A stretch of 64,000 nt of DNA from a virus (lineage: Duplodnaviria; Caudoviricetes). The notes beneath the pieces are model-generated. The model was given only the letters and a program-made list of their open reading frames with translations. It did not search any database and was not told the DNA's origin. How positions within the stretch are numbered: position 1 is the stretch's first letter; each line of letters starts with the position of its first letter. Location: IMG/VR virus record IMGVR_UViG_2906976556_000001, positions 8,557 to 72,556 of that record; one strand, 5' to 3'. The position numbers and the translations under genes are program-made. Below are positions 47,534 through 56,991 of the stretch, piece by piece.

Positions 47534-48258
47534 GACGTCCGCCTCTGCTCGTGACCGCAGCGGACGACCGGCTCGGAACCGATGATCCAGCCGGCCTCGT
47601 CGCAGTCCGGGCATGAGCTGATCGCGGCGCGTTTCGCTTTCGCCTGATCGAGGACCGCCCGCCCGTGCGCCTCGTCCCAGTCCGCTCGAGCTCGGCGCGC
47701 GTCAGCGCATGCGCCGCAGCGTGGTGGGTGCGGTTCGTTCCTGTGGCGGATGCATTTCGGGGAGGGCGGTTCTTGCGCGTTGCTTTCAGTAACCCTCCTA
47801 CCCAAGTCTTCACTAGAAGAGGTCGGGTCGGGTCGGGATGGGGTCGGGTCGGGTCGGGGTTCGCGAACCGATTCCGAACTTCGCTCGGTGTTCGCCTGAA
47901 CATCGTTGGAACGGTCGCCGGTTTTGCGTTGCGCCCGTTTCTTTTTCATCCGTTCCCTGGCTGCCTCGCGTTCGGCTTCTACCACGGCTTTCATCGGCTG
48001 GTAGCCCTCCCAGTCGTGGAACTGGAAGCCGTTCTCGCCGTGGTGCACGGCCTCTATCCACAGCTCAGACGTGACCAAACGGCGTGCATACGAACCGCGA
48101 GGATCCCAACGCTTCGCGATCTCTCGCGGTACAAATCCGTCAGTCAAATTGCGCGCCGACCATGCACCCGCGAGCACCCAAAGCCCCATTGCGGCGGTTC
48201 CTGCGCGTCGAACCTTGCGGTGATCGGGCAGTCCGTCGTCAGCTTTGAACCATGGCAT
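47530..48258 (-). CDS. RepA-like replication initiator
   Basis: MPWFKADDG..HRK, GLWVLAGAWS...TDGFVP, FHDW..YQP; C-terminal Cys motifs. Confidence 0.8.
   Translation of the reverse strand: MPWFKADDGLPDHRKVRRAGTAAMGLWVLAGAWSARNLTDGFVPREIAKRWDPRGSYARRLVTSELWIEAVHHGENGFQFHDWEGYQPMKAVVEAEREAARERMKKKRAQRKTGDRSNDVQANTERSSESVREPRPDPTPSRPDPTSSSEDLGRRVTESNAQEPPSPKCIRHRNEPHPPRCGACADARRARADWDEAHGRAVLDQAKAKRAAISSCPDCDEAGWIIGSEPVVRCGHEQRRTS
47820..47860. repeat. GGGTC pentamer repeats inside the replication initiator (candidate origin iterons)
   Basis: ggtcgggtcgggtcggg-atgg-ggtcgggtcgggtcgggg. Confidence 0.55.
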
Positions 48259-48420
48259 GTGGTGGGTTCTCCTTTCCTGTCAGTGCGCGGCGCTCGGTCG
48301 ACCCGTAGGGGTAGGTGAGGCCGCGTTCTGTGTCGGATTCGCGGAGCGCGAGGATGATTCCCGTCGCGCCGAGAAGGATCGCGGCGGCCGCCAACACACC
48401 GCCGACGATCTCGATCCACG

Positions 48421-49359
48421 TCATGACGCACCTGCCGGGAACTCGTCCCACGTGCGGCCGTCGAGTTCCCGGCCGGCGGTCTTCTTTCCGACTCGGCGCA
48501 TGAGGTGGTCGGCGTAGCGCGAGTAGCGTCCGGGGGCAGCCGGTTCGGTGTCTGGTCGCCACGGGTAGGCGTGGCTTTCGAATGCCTCGCCGAGTACCCA
48601 GACGTCACCGTCCTGTGGCTGGCCGTCGACTGGCGCCCATTCGCCCCACTGCTTGAAGTGGAATGCGATTTGTGCGTCTTTGCACTCGTCGCGTAGCAGT
48701 CGCACCCAGCCGGGATGTAGGGGGCGTGCGCGACGGCCGGACTCACCTCCAGCAATGACCCAGTCGAGCCCGGGCAATCGGTCTATCCGAGTGCTGCGAA
48801 AGATGTCGATCTCACCGAGAAGCGGTTCGGCGCTGACGAATCGGACTGCCGCCGGGGTGTCGAGCAGACGGTCGATGCGGATGTCGGCCCACTTCTGATT
48901 TTCGGCGGACACACCCAACCAGACATTCGGCAACGGAAGCTGGAAGTACCCGTCGAAAGCTCCGTCGCATGCATCGAACACAGCCGCTTCGAAACTCTCG
49001 GACGACAGCAGGGATTTCATCCTCGCGTGGCGCTTGGTCAGGACCTGGAAGGTGTGCTGCGGCGTAAGCGCCATGACCGCGAAGACTCGCGCGATGTACT
49101 CGTTGGGGATGTCGTCGTGGAACAGATCCGACATGCTGTTCACGAAGACGCGGCTCGGTGTCCGCCACCGCAGCGGCTCAGCGAGTTTCGCCGGCCGCAG
49201 CTGGACGTCGAAGCCGTTCTCGAAGTAGTGGCCCGGTGTACCGCGGAACCGTTCAGCGAGGGTCTCGGCGTAGCAGTGATCGCACCCGGGTGACACTTTG
49301 GTGCAGCCGGTGACCGGATTCCATGTCCGGTCCGTCCATTCGATCGTCGTTTTTCCCAT
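48421..49359 (-). CDS. Gp37Gp68/DUF5131 family (radical-SAM-like three-Cys) protein
   Basis: IEWTDRTWNPVTGCTKVSPGCDHCYA, FVNSMSDLFH, GGESG, FHFKQWG. Confidence 0.92.
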   Translation of the reverse strand: MGKTTIEWTDRTWNPVTGCTKVSPGCDHCYAETLAERFRGTPGHYFENGFDVQLRPAKLAEPLRWRTPSRVFVNSMSDLFHDDIPNEYIARVFAVMALTPQHTFQVLTKRHARMKSLLSSESFEAAVFDACDGAFDGYFQLPLPNVWLGVSAENQKWADIRIDRLLDTPAAVRFVSAEPLLGEIDIFRSTRIDRLPGLDWVIAGGESGRRARPLHPGWVRLLRDECKDAQIAFHFKQWGEWAPVDGQPQDGDVWVLGEAFESHAYPWRPDTEPAAPGRYSRYADHLMRRVGKKTAGRELDGRTWDEFPAGAS

Positions 49360-49688
49360 CAGCTGCGACCTGGCTTGTCCTCTGGCCACTCTGCGGCCCA
49401 CGGGTTCCCGAGTTTTCCGGCCTCGACGACACCCGTCTCCATGCCGTGCTTGGCCGCGTAGTCCTCAGCCTGGACGATGCAGAACCCTTGCGGGCCCGAC
49501 GCGATCAGCTTGTGGCGCGGCGGATCGTATTCGGTGTGCAACGCGAACGCCCGATGCGTGTTTGCTTCATTCATTCGGAACTCCTGGAATAGCTCTCGCC
49601 GAGTCGTACAGCGAGGGAACAGATTTGGAATGCGGCGTACGCGGTCGCTGATGCGGCCAGTGAGAACGCCGTGAACAGGGATGCGAGT

Positions 49689-50045
49689 TCACGCTGCGTC
49701 ATCAGGCACCCCCGGCAGGTATTCGATTCCGCCGGCGTCGTCCAACAGCACCAACTGGCCGCGGTACAGGACGGGGACGTCGGCGGGTTCCTTGTGCTGA
49801 GGCACCAGCCAGCCATGCTGGAGCGCGTCCGCGCGGGCCGACTCGATCCGGTTGTGGCAGCGCAGGCAGACCGCGAGGCAACCCGACGCGGCGTTCGTAG
49901 ATGCTCGCCGCGTACCACCCATCCCTCGGGCACGGCGGTGGTGATCCTGAACAGCCCAGTCCAGTCCGCAGCGTTCACACAAACCCCCTGAGCGTTGACG
50001 GACAACCGACTTCGTCTGCGGAGAAAAACCTGTGTAGCGCGCCAT
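49689..50045 (-). CDS. HNH endonuclease-like protein
   Basis: CERC...HHRRARGMGG...CLRCH. Confidence 0.8.
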   Translation of the reverse strand: MARYTGFSPQTKSVVRQRSGGLCERCGLDWAVQDHHRRARGMGGTRRASTNAASGCLAVCLRCHNRIESARADALQHGWLVPQHKEPADVPVLYRGQLVLLDDAGGIEYLPGVPDDAA

Positions 50046-50425
50046 CACGCCTCCTTATTCGCGAGTTCGAGCAACACGTCGGCGTGACACGGCTCATCGA
50101 GGGAGCACCAGCAGACGACGTCGTGACCTCGGAGGACCGGCAAAGCGTCGCGGATCCAGTCACGCTGGGAATCCAGTTGCGGGTATCCGCCGCCCACCAT
50201 CAGCGCGGGCGCAGCTTTCCCTTTGGTCAGCCAGTCATGGAACAGCCGAATGACCATCTGCTGCGACATCTCAGGATCGGCCGAGAAGTACATTCCCGGA
50301 CCAGCGACTAGCCCGTCCGAGCCGATACGCCACGGGTTGCCGAACCGGGTCGGCCGACCGACGTACACGGCACCCTCGGGCATACGCCAGCCCTTCGTCC
50401 GCTTGCGCTGGATCCGTTGCGGCAT
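50045..50425 (-). CDS. DUF4326 family protein
   Basis: YVGRPTRFGNPW, LRGHDVVCWC...CHADVL. Confidence 0.88.
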   Translation of the reverse strand: MPQRIQRKRTKGWRMPEGAVYVGRPTRFGNPWRIGSDGLVAGPGMYFSADPEMSQQMVIRLFHDWLTKGKAAPALMVGGGYPQLDSQRDWIRDALPVLRGHDVVCWCSLDEPCHADVLLELANKEA

Positions 50426-51379
50426 CACGCACCACCGCCATGACCAGCCAGGCGCATGCACTCGATCGCCAACTTCGCGCGCGTCTGCAACGACGACCGC
50501 GTCGACGAACGCTCATCCACCAAATCCGCTGTGTACCGGACCTCCACCTCCGCCAACTCGAACGCGAACTGCTCCTCATCGGTGGCCTGATCTACGAACG
50601 CCTGCAAGTCGGGGATCGTTGGTTTCGTCAACTCCGCCTTTGCTTTCAGGCGGGCGACGACCCGGGCGCGCCGCAGATCGCGGCGCGCCTCCACCAACGC
50701 GGTACGCGCGTTCTTCAACTCCAACGCGGCGAGACCACCCGAAATCTCGAGGTGCTGCAGGCCTCGTTCGATCGCGTACAGGTTGGGGACTGGGTCGTCC
50801 TCGATCTGCGCCGTCGTCGGGACGGCAGGCACGCCGCTCATGACGTGGTCCCGGACGTCGGTGGCTTCTTCTCCACCTTCAGCTTGAACACCAGGCCCAT
50901 CGCGTTGGCCAGTTTCGCGACCTGGTCGAGCGTTGCAGTCGGTGCTTTGGTCACGACCTCGAGGAAGGCATGCTCGGCACTGTTGGTGCCGAACACCGCG
51001 GCCCAATCGGACTTGTCGGGAAGCCAGATGCCACCCTTCGGTTCCTGGCTCATGACGGCTCACCGCCATTCGGCTGGACCAGACGGACTGCGACCAGATC
51101 CTCGTGCGTTTCACCGAACTCGACGACGCGGCCGTGCTCCATCGCAATCAGGTCGACCTGCTGCATGTTGCCTTGGCGGATCCAACGCCAGTCGGTCGTC
51201 GCACCGAACCCAGGCTTGTCAGGTGTGGGTGAAACGTCGCCACCGAGCTGACCTTCGAGGACCCCCATCTCGAAACCGGCCATGTAGTCCGTAGCCTCGT
51301 AGATGCCACCACCGCCCTTGAGCGCGACGATCGGGCGGAACATCTCGTACTCGCCACTCGTCTCGTGTTCGCCGCTCAT
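50425..51379 (-). other. Three small hypothetical genes (50425-50841, 50838-51053, 51050-51379)
   Basis: Coupled ORFs with overlapping stop/start codons. Confidence 0.55.
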
Positions 51380-52503
51380 GCTGGCTCACCCGGCTGCTCT
51401 GGCTCGGCGAATGCGTCGAGGGCGGCCTGCGCCTGGGCGGCGGTCAGGCCGTTGATGCCCTTCACGTCCTCGTCGAGGATGCCGTTGCCCTTCAGCCACT
51501 CGAAGCGGTCAGCCCAGCGGGTCAGCTTGATCGCCTTGAACTGGTCGTTGAGGTCGCGGCCCTGCTGTTCGGTGACGGGACCGTTCGGGTCGACGTCCGG
51601 GGCTTTCGGCTCGTCCGGCTTCTCGGCCGGGTCGGAATCCTGGGTCTCGGCGGCAGGCTTCTCGGCCTTGTCGGCGGCTGGCTTGTTCTTCTCCGCCTCC
51701 GCCTTGATCGACTCCGCCGACAACCGAATAGGCGGAAACTCCTCCTCCTTCGTCACCTCGCCGTTCTTCAACGACCGGAACGTCACACCGAGCGCAGACA
51801 GGTCGTGTTCCGTCCACGCGTCACGCTTGCTACCAACCTTCGCCTCAAGCTGCGCGAGCGAAATCCCGATGGTCTCGAAGTGCCCGACACTGTTCGCGAT
51901 TCGCGTCGCGATCGGCACACCGCCGCCGTCCTGCAACGTGGCGTTGCACAGGTCCTTCGCCTCCTCAACGAACCACGACGGCAACACCGACAGGATCGCC
52001 TCGCGGACACGACGGGCACCCGCGTTGGCGTTGTTCTCGTAGATGTCACGCATGTCGGTGAGCTTCACTGCGCCACCGGTCTTGTCCCTCTTGTGCGGGA
52101 CGATGAATGTCGTCGAGTTTCGGGCGTTCGTCTCGAGATCCCAGGCGTAGGCCTGCATCTCCGATTCGCCCTTCTCGTCGTCACGACGGAGCTCGGTGAC
52201 GCCGTACTGGATGTTGCCCCAGCAGCGGGCGAGTTCGCGGGCGAGGTGCACCGACGGGCCGGTGACCGTGTTGCCGCCACGTGAGTACCGGAAGAATGCT
52301 TTCTCGGCGACTGCCTTCTGGTGGGTGGTGTCGCGCATTTCGTCGACGGCCAGCGGCTTCGACCGCCGGTTCTGCTGGGCGACGAGAACAGCGGCCTGGA
52401 CCTCGGCGACGGCGCGGGACTGTTCGATCGCGGTCGCCTGACTGACGCTGGTTCGCGGAGCTGCGGGAGTGGCGACGGGCTGGTAGCGGACGGGGCTAGA
52501 CAT
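51376..52503 (-). CDS. recT: RecT-like ssDNA annealing protein
   Basis: GPSVHLARELARCWGNI, AYAWDLETN; directly after the RecE-like gene. Confidence 0.7.
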   Translation of the reverse strand: MSSPVRYQPVATPAAPRTSVSQATAIEQSRAVAEVQAAVLVAQQNRRSKPLAVDEMRDTTHQKAVAEKAFFRYSRGGNTVTGPSVHLARELARCWGNIQYGVTELRRDDEKGESEMQAYAWDLETNARNSTTFIVPHKRDKTGGAVKLTDMRDIYENNANAGARRVREAILSVLPSWFVEEAKDLCNATLQDGGGVPIATRIANSVGHFETIGISLAQLEAKVGSKRDAWTEHDLSALGVTFRSLKNGEVTKEEEFPPIRLSAESIKAEAEKNKPAADKAEKPAAETQDSDPAEKPDEPKAPDVDPNGPVTEQQGRDLNDQFKAIKLTRWADRFEWLKGNGILDEDVKGINGLTAAQAQAALDAFAEPEQPGEPA

Positions 52504-53344
52504 GGCTGAGGAACTCCTCTGACTGGTAGAAGGCCCAACTGGGCAGGGAAACCTGGTGAACGTCATCGCCCCAACCAGGCCAGTCATCGTTGGCGTGGCA
52601 TTTGGCGTAGATGTCGATCGCGGCGCGGCTGAGACGACGGCCGAGATTCACTGCGTCCTGGTCGAGTTCGATGACTGACACGGTGTACGGGGCGCTTTTC
52701 TCCTGAACGACGAACACGAAAGCGGGGTCGTCGTCCAATCCCAACGCGATCGCTGCGTCCCGGTACCACGGATCCTGAATGTGGTAGCCGTACTCAGCGG
52801 CGGACTTCGCGAACTTCGCAGGGTTGGCGGACGCAGCGGTCTTGTAATCGGTGATGATCAGCCGACTCCGTGAATGCACCGGCAGCCAATCCGGCCGCGC
52901 CCGGAGCATCACTCCGGTCTCAGGATCCTCGTAGTACATCGAGCGTTCGGCGACGCCTTCGTGAAAGAGAATGTTCGCGAGCGGGTGCGATCGGAGGGCA
53001 GCCGCCATCTCGTGGACCTTGCGGAAGTCCTTCTCGAGCAGCGGCGTTTTGCCTTCCGCGCGTGCCTCGTCTCGTTTCTCCTTCGACGCCTTCGTGCTCC
53101 AGCTGTCGAATTCAAGCGACACGATCTCGGCGCCCTCACCGAGCACGAGTGTGTGAGCCGCATGCCCGAGATCGAAGTTGTCGTTCGACTCCGGCGGATG
53201 GTCGCGTTCCCACTTGAAGATCGCGGGGCACGACGGCGGCAGAAGTTTCCGTGCACCCGACGACGACAAACTTCCCTTGTCGCGGTGGTACTCCGAGTCG
53301 GGAATGCCGTCGTACTGGCCTGGCCCTTCGACGATGTCACTCAT
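52496..53344 (-). CDS. recE: RecE/exonuclease VIII-like PD-(D/E)xK nuclease
   Basis: LSSSGAR, RARPDW, DYKT, YGYHIQ..WY, FVVQEK. Confidence 0.9.
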   Translation of the reverse strand: MSDIVEGPGQYDGIPDSEYHRDKGSLSSSGARKLLPPSCPAIFKWERDHPPESNDNFDLGHAAHTLVLGEGAEIVSLEFDSWSTKASKEKRDEARAEGKTPLLEKDFRKVHEMAAALRSHPLANILFHEGVAERSMYYEDPETGVMLRARPDWLPVHSRSRLIITDYKTAASANPAKFAKSAAEYGYHIQDPWYRDAAIALGLDDDPAFVFVVQEKSAPYTVSVIELDQDAVNLGRRLSRAAIDIYAKCHANDDWPGWGDDVHQVSLPSWAFYQSEEFLSHV

Positions 53345-53525
53345 GGTCGGCCTCCTGGCAGACTCAGATTGTCGGGATGGGTGGGTGTGACCGTGAAGTG
53401 CCCGTACCGGACGTGCACCCACTTCGAGCAAACGGATTCGATAACTCCGTCCTCCTTGTAATTCGGGTCGACGGGGGAGGTGTAGATGACGTGAGAACCA
53501 ATGCGCTTCTTCGCTTCTCGGAGTT

Positions 53526-55082
53526 TCACGACGCAACCCCTAGCGATTCGGCGACGACGGCGACGAGGTCTCGAGCAGCCGGCGGGGTGACCGCATTCCC
53601 TGCCATGCGGACCTGTTCGCGGCGCGTGCCGAGAACGACGTAGTCGGATGGGAAGTCCATCGCGGCGACGATCTCGCGGGGCTCGAGCATCCGAAAACGA
53701 ACGTCGTCGATGTCGATCGTTGGCCTGTCAGCCTCGATCAGCGATTGGTGACCCGCGGTGGTGACGGTGCGGATGTACTCATCTGACGGTGTGGTGTGCC
53801 GTGCAGGGTTCCCTCCTCGAACTCCGTTGTTGCGCATGATCAGCGCGTGGTGATTGCCAGAGGCGGTGACCGTCGAGAGTGGATCACTGGCTGGTCGTGC
53901 GACCGACCCGCCACCGCGGAGTTCCGCGATGAACGGCGGCGACACGACACCGTGGTGAATGCCGCCTCCAGAGACCGTCGACAGTGCCGCGTCGGAGCGG
54001 TGGTTCTTCGACTGCCCACGCATCACCGTCACGAACGGCAGAGCGACGCCGGTCTCACTGCGTGTGGTCATCGTGCGCATGGGGTCATCGGATGACGATG
54101 CCGACTTCCCTTCGCGGCCCTCGACCGGGACGACGAGAGCCTTAGTCGTGGCCGTCGTCATCGTCGGCATCGGCTCGTCAATCCCGCGCCCGCGGTTCGA
54201 GTGATTGTTGTCGAGCACGAACGGCGACCAGTACCGCTCGATCCCTGCCTGTATTCGGGCCATCGTCTTCGCGGCCAGCGGCTTCGGACGGTCCCCGATC
54301 CGCACGCCCTGCATCGACCAGTCGATGATGTCGGCAGCCGGCCGGAATGCAGGCTCGACAACCTGGTTGCGGCACTTCACGTTCGGGCAGCGGTAAACGT
54401 ACTGCGCGCGGTACCGACCCCACGGTGCACGATCAGTCCGCTTCCACGACTGCATCGCCCGAACCGGGCCACACTCCGCACACACCGCGTGCGGCCGCGT
54501 GACGTGATGCAAGTTCGGCTTCGTGTTCCCGTGCAGCCAGAACACGATGTACATCCGATCCCGCGACTGCGGAGCACCCGGCCCATGCAATTGCGCGTGC
54601 ATCGAGTTCAGATACACGACCTCGTGGTCATAGCCGAGCGAGTCCATCGCCATCAGCCACGCGCGGAACGGAGTCCAGTTCCACGCATCGACAACGTTCT
54701 CGACGATGACCCCGCGGTACCGGTGGAACTCGGTGAAGCGAACGACGTCCCACATCGTCGCCCGAGACCGCTCAGCGGCGTCGTCGGGCAGAACCTCCTC
54801 GAACAAGTCGGGTGCCGAATCGGCCCGCTTCTTACCCTTCGCGATCGAGTGGTTGGTGCACTCCGGTGAGAACCACCCGATGTCGGTCGTCGGGAAGTAG
54901 CGGGGATCGATCTGGGACAGGTCAGCGCAGATGTGGTCCGCGTCGGGATGGTTGGTGTTGTGCGTTTCGATCGCGAGCTTCCAGTGATTCGAGGCGACTC
55001 GAATGCTGATGCCCGGCACTTGGATCGCACCGGTGCTTGAACCGCCAGCACCACAGAACATGTCGGTCAGCGTCAACGTCAT
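53526..55082 (-). CDS. C5-cytosine DNA methyltransferase
   Basis: DMFCGAGG (I), SPEC (IV), VENV (VI), QSRDR (VIII), GNAV (X). Confidence 0.93.
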   Translation of the reverse strand: MTLTLTDMFCGAGGSSTGAIQVPGISIRVASNHWKLAIETHNTNHPDADHICADLSQIDPRYFPTTDIGWFSPECTNHSIAKGKKRADSAPDLFEEVLPDDAAERSRATMWDVVRFTEFHRYRGVIVENVVDAWNWTPFRAWLMAMDSLGYDHEVVYLNSMHAQLHGPGAPQSRDRMYIVFWLHGNTKPNLHHVTRPHAVCAECGPVRAMQSWKRTDRAPWGRYRAQYVYRCPNVKCRNQVVEPAFRPAADIIDWSMQGVRIGDRPKPLAAKTMARIQAGIERYWSPFVLDNNHSNRGRGIDEPMPTMTTATTKALVVPVEGREGKSASSSDDPMRTMTTRSETGVALPFVTVMRGQSKNHRSDAALSTVSGGGIHHGVVSPPFIAELRGGGSVARPASDPLSTVTASGNHHALIMRNNGVRGGNPARHTTPSDEYIRTVTTAGHQSLIEADRPTIDIDDVRFRMLEPREIVAAMDFPSDYVVLGTRREQVRMAGNAVTPPAARDLVAVVAESLGVAS

Positions 55083-55302
55083 TCCTGGCCTCCGATGTAC
55101 AGCAGCCGGTGCGGATAGTCGTCGAGATCGGACGATGTGATGGGCGTGGAGTCGCCGGTCTCGACCCACTCGTCGGGCTCGGATGCAGTTGCAAGCCAGG
55201 TCTTTTGCGCGACCCGGGCAGTTCCGGATCGGACGATCGACCCGACTGGGAGCTCGACGAGCTGGTCGAGCGAGGTGATCTCGTCGCCGACGTTGAGCGT
55301 CG

Positions 55303-55782
55303 TCATGCCACACCTGCCGTCGCCAGCTCATGCTCGCGGTAACACCTGCCGCACATGCCCTTGCGGTGGTGCGACACGGTGTCCGGGTATTCCTCGAGCA
55401 GACGACCCATCGGCCGCACCGAACGGCCGCACGAACCTGCACAAGCGAACGGCCCACGTGGTGGACGGACCCCGCCCGCCCGGGGCGCGGGGGCTGTGGT
55501 GCCAGCAATCTCTTCGAGCCGCTCGCGGGCATACCTGCGATCCAACGCGTGAGACCCCATATAGACACCCGCCCACACACCCGACACCGACAAGCTCGTG
55601 AGCGCCCTCCGTGCACACTTCTGCTTCACCGGGCAGTCCGCGCACACCTGCTGCGCAGCCACGACCTGGCTATGAATCGCCGACGGCGGCCCCTCCGGGA
55701 AGAACATTTCCGGGTCGACCTGAGCGCACAGCGCGTCGACATCCCAGTCGTCGGCGTCGACGAGATCCAGATCGAAGATCAT
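55303..55782 (-). CDS. whiB: WhiB family transcription factor with C-terminal Cys cluster
   Basis: CAQVDPEMFFP, CADCPVKQKC, GVWAG. Confidence 0.88.
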   Translation of the reverse strand: MIFDLDLVDADDWDVDALCAQVDPEMFFPEGPPSAIHSQVVAAQQVCADCPVKQKCARRALTSLSVSGVWAGVYMGSHALDRRYARERLEEIAGTTAPAPRAGGVRPPRGPFACAGSCGRSVRPMGRLLEEYPDTVSHHRKGMCGRCYREHELATAGVA

Positions 55783-56537
55783 GACGCCACCGCCATCTCG
55801 GACTTGTACCGTTCGACCGTCCGCTTGGAGATCGACAAGCGACCCGCGATTTCGTTCGCAGGCAGACCCTGCACGGACAGCAGCCGCCACGCCTCCCGGC
55901 GTTCCGCGCGCGTCGCATCAACACGACGCCCGTCCACCAGGCGTTCCACCACAACCGGATCCGGGATACCTGAATCGTCAGGTGCAGCCGGAACCTCGTA
56001 GAAGTCGTCGATGTCGTCCCACAGCATCGGATGGACAAAGCCTCGCCGCTGCGCCCACTTCGTCGTCCGGATGTCGCCGCGGCGAATGTGCGAGATCCGG
56101 TCGAAGACGTCGAGGACCGCGACATGCGTCCGCAAACTCAACACAGATCCGGCGTGGACGCGATGCAGCGACGGCAAATTCAGGCCGCTTTGCGCCGAGA
56201 TCGCTCGGCCCGGCCAACCCATTACCGCCAGTCCCTCCAACCGTCGGCGGGCCGCGTAAGCGAGCACGTTCGCCTGCTGCGGATGCGGGCGAGGAGAAAC
56301 CGCGAGAAGCGCATCGACAGTCGGCTTCAACGCGACAGTCTGGCCGGCGAGGATCTTGTACAACGGACCAGCTGATACGCCAGCAGCCCGAGCAATCATG
56401 CACGGCGTCATGCCGATCGACAGAAGATGCTGCAGATGCGGCATCACCACCTCGGCCGGGACCTTTGCGGTCTTCGGCATCTGTGGAATGCGAGTCACTG
56501 GCTGCCCGATGTACGGGCCACGGTCGGGGCGTTTCAT
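55779..56537 (-). CDS. Multi-HTH DNA-binding protein
   Basis: IARAAGVS and EIAGRLSISKRTVERY helix-turn-helix motifs. Confidence 0.75.
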   Translation of the reverse strand: MKRPDRGPYIGQPVTRIPQMPKTAKVPAEVVMPHLQHLLSIGMTPCMIARAAGVSAGPLYKILAGQTVALKPTVDALLAVSPRPHPQQANVLAYAARRRLEGLAVMGWPGRAISAQSGLNLPSLHRVHAGSVLSLRTHVAVLDVFDRISHIRRGDIRTTKWAQRRGFVHPMLWDDIDDFYEVPAAPDDSGIPDPVVVERLVDGRRVDATRAERREAWRLLSVQGLPANEIAGRLSISKRTVERYKSEMAVAS

Positions 56538-56989
56538 GACGCGGCCGCCAGCAGTTCTGGTCGCGCGTCCTGGCCGCGGAACAGGCGCAGGCAGGAGCTG
56601 CAGCGCCCATCACCGGCCAGCGCGACAGTGCCAGGTGCATCCTCGATACGGACGCGCTGCCTCCGCAATGGTCGACCACACGGACCCTGGCAGACCCGCG
56701 GGATGCGCGGCGCCGGCGTGTACGGGCCGCGGCCGGCGATCAGCGACAGCCGCTCCTTCGCGGCGAGACGACTCGCCGGGGTGTCACCGAAATCGACGCC
56801 AGCCCACACACCATCCTCGGCGCCGCCATTCAACGCCAGCGCGGCGCATTCACGGTGGTTCGCCAACGGGCACGCAGCACACACCTTCTGCGCCTCCATC
56901 ACGCGAACCTGCCGGACCCTTTCCCGCCCGGCCGTCCCTTGCGGGAAAAAGATTTCAGGATCGTGCTCTCGGCATAGAGCGTTCTCCAT
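56534..56989 (-). CDS. whiB: WhiB family transcription factor with C-terminal Cys cluster
   Basis: CREHDPEIFFP, CAACP....EC, GVWAG. Confidence 0.88.
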   Translation of the reverse strand: MENALCREHDPEIFFPQGTAGRERVRQVRVMEAQKVCAACPLANHRECAALALNGGAEDGVWAGVDFGDTPASRLAAKERLSLIAGRGPYTPAPRIPRVCQGPCGRPLRRQRVRIEDAPGTVALAGDGRCSSCLRLFRGQDARPELLAAAS

Positions 56990-56991
56990 GA

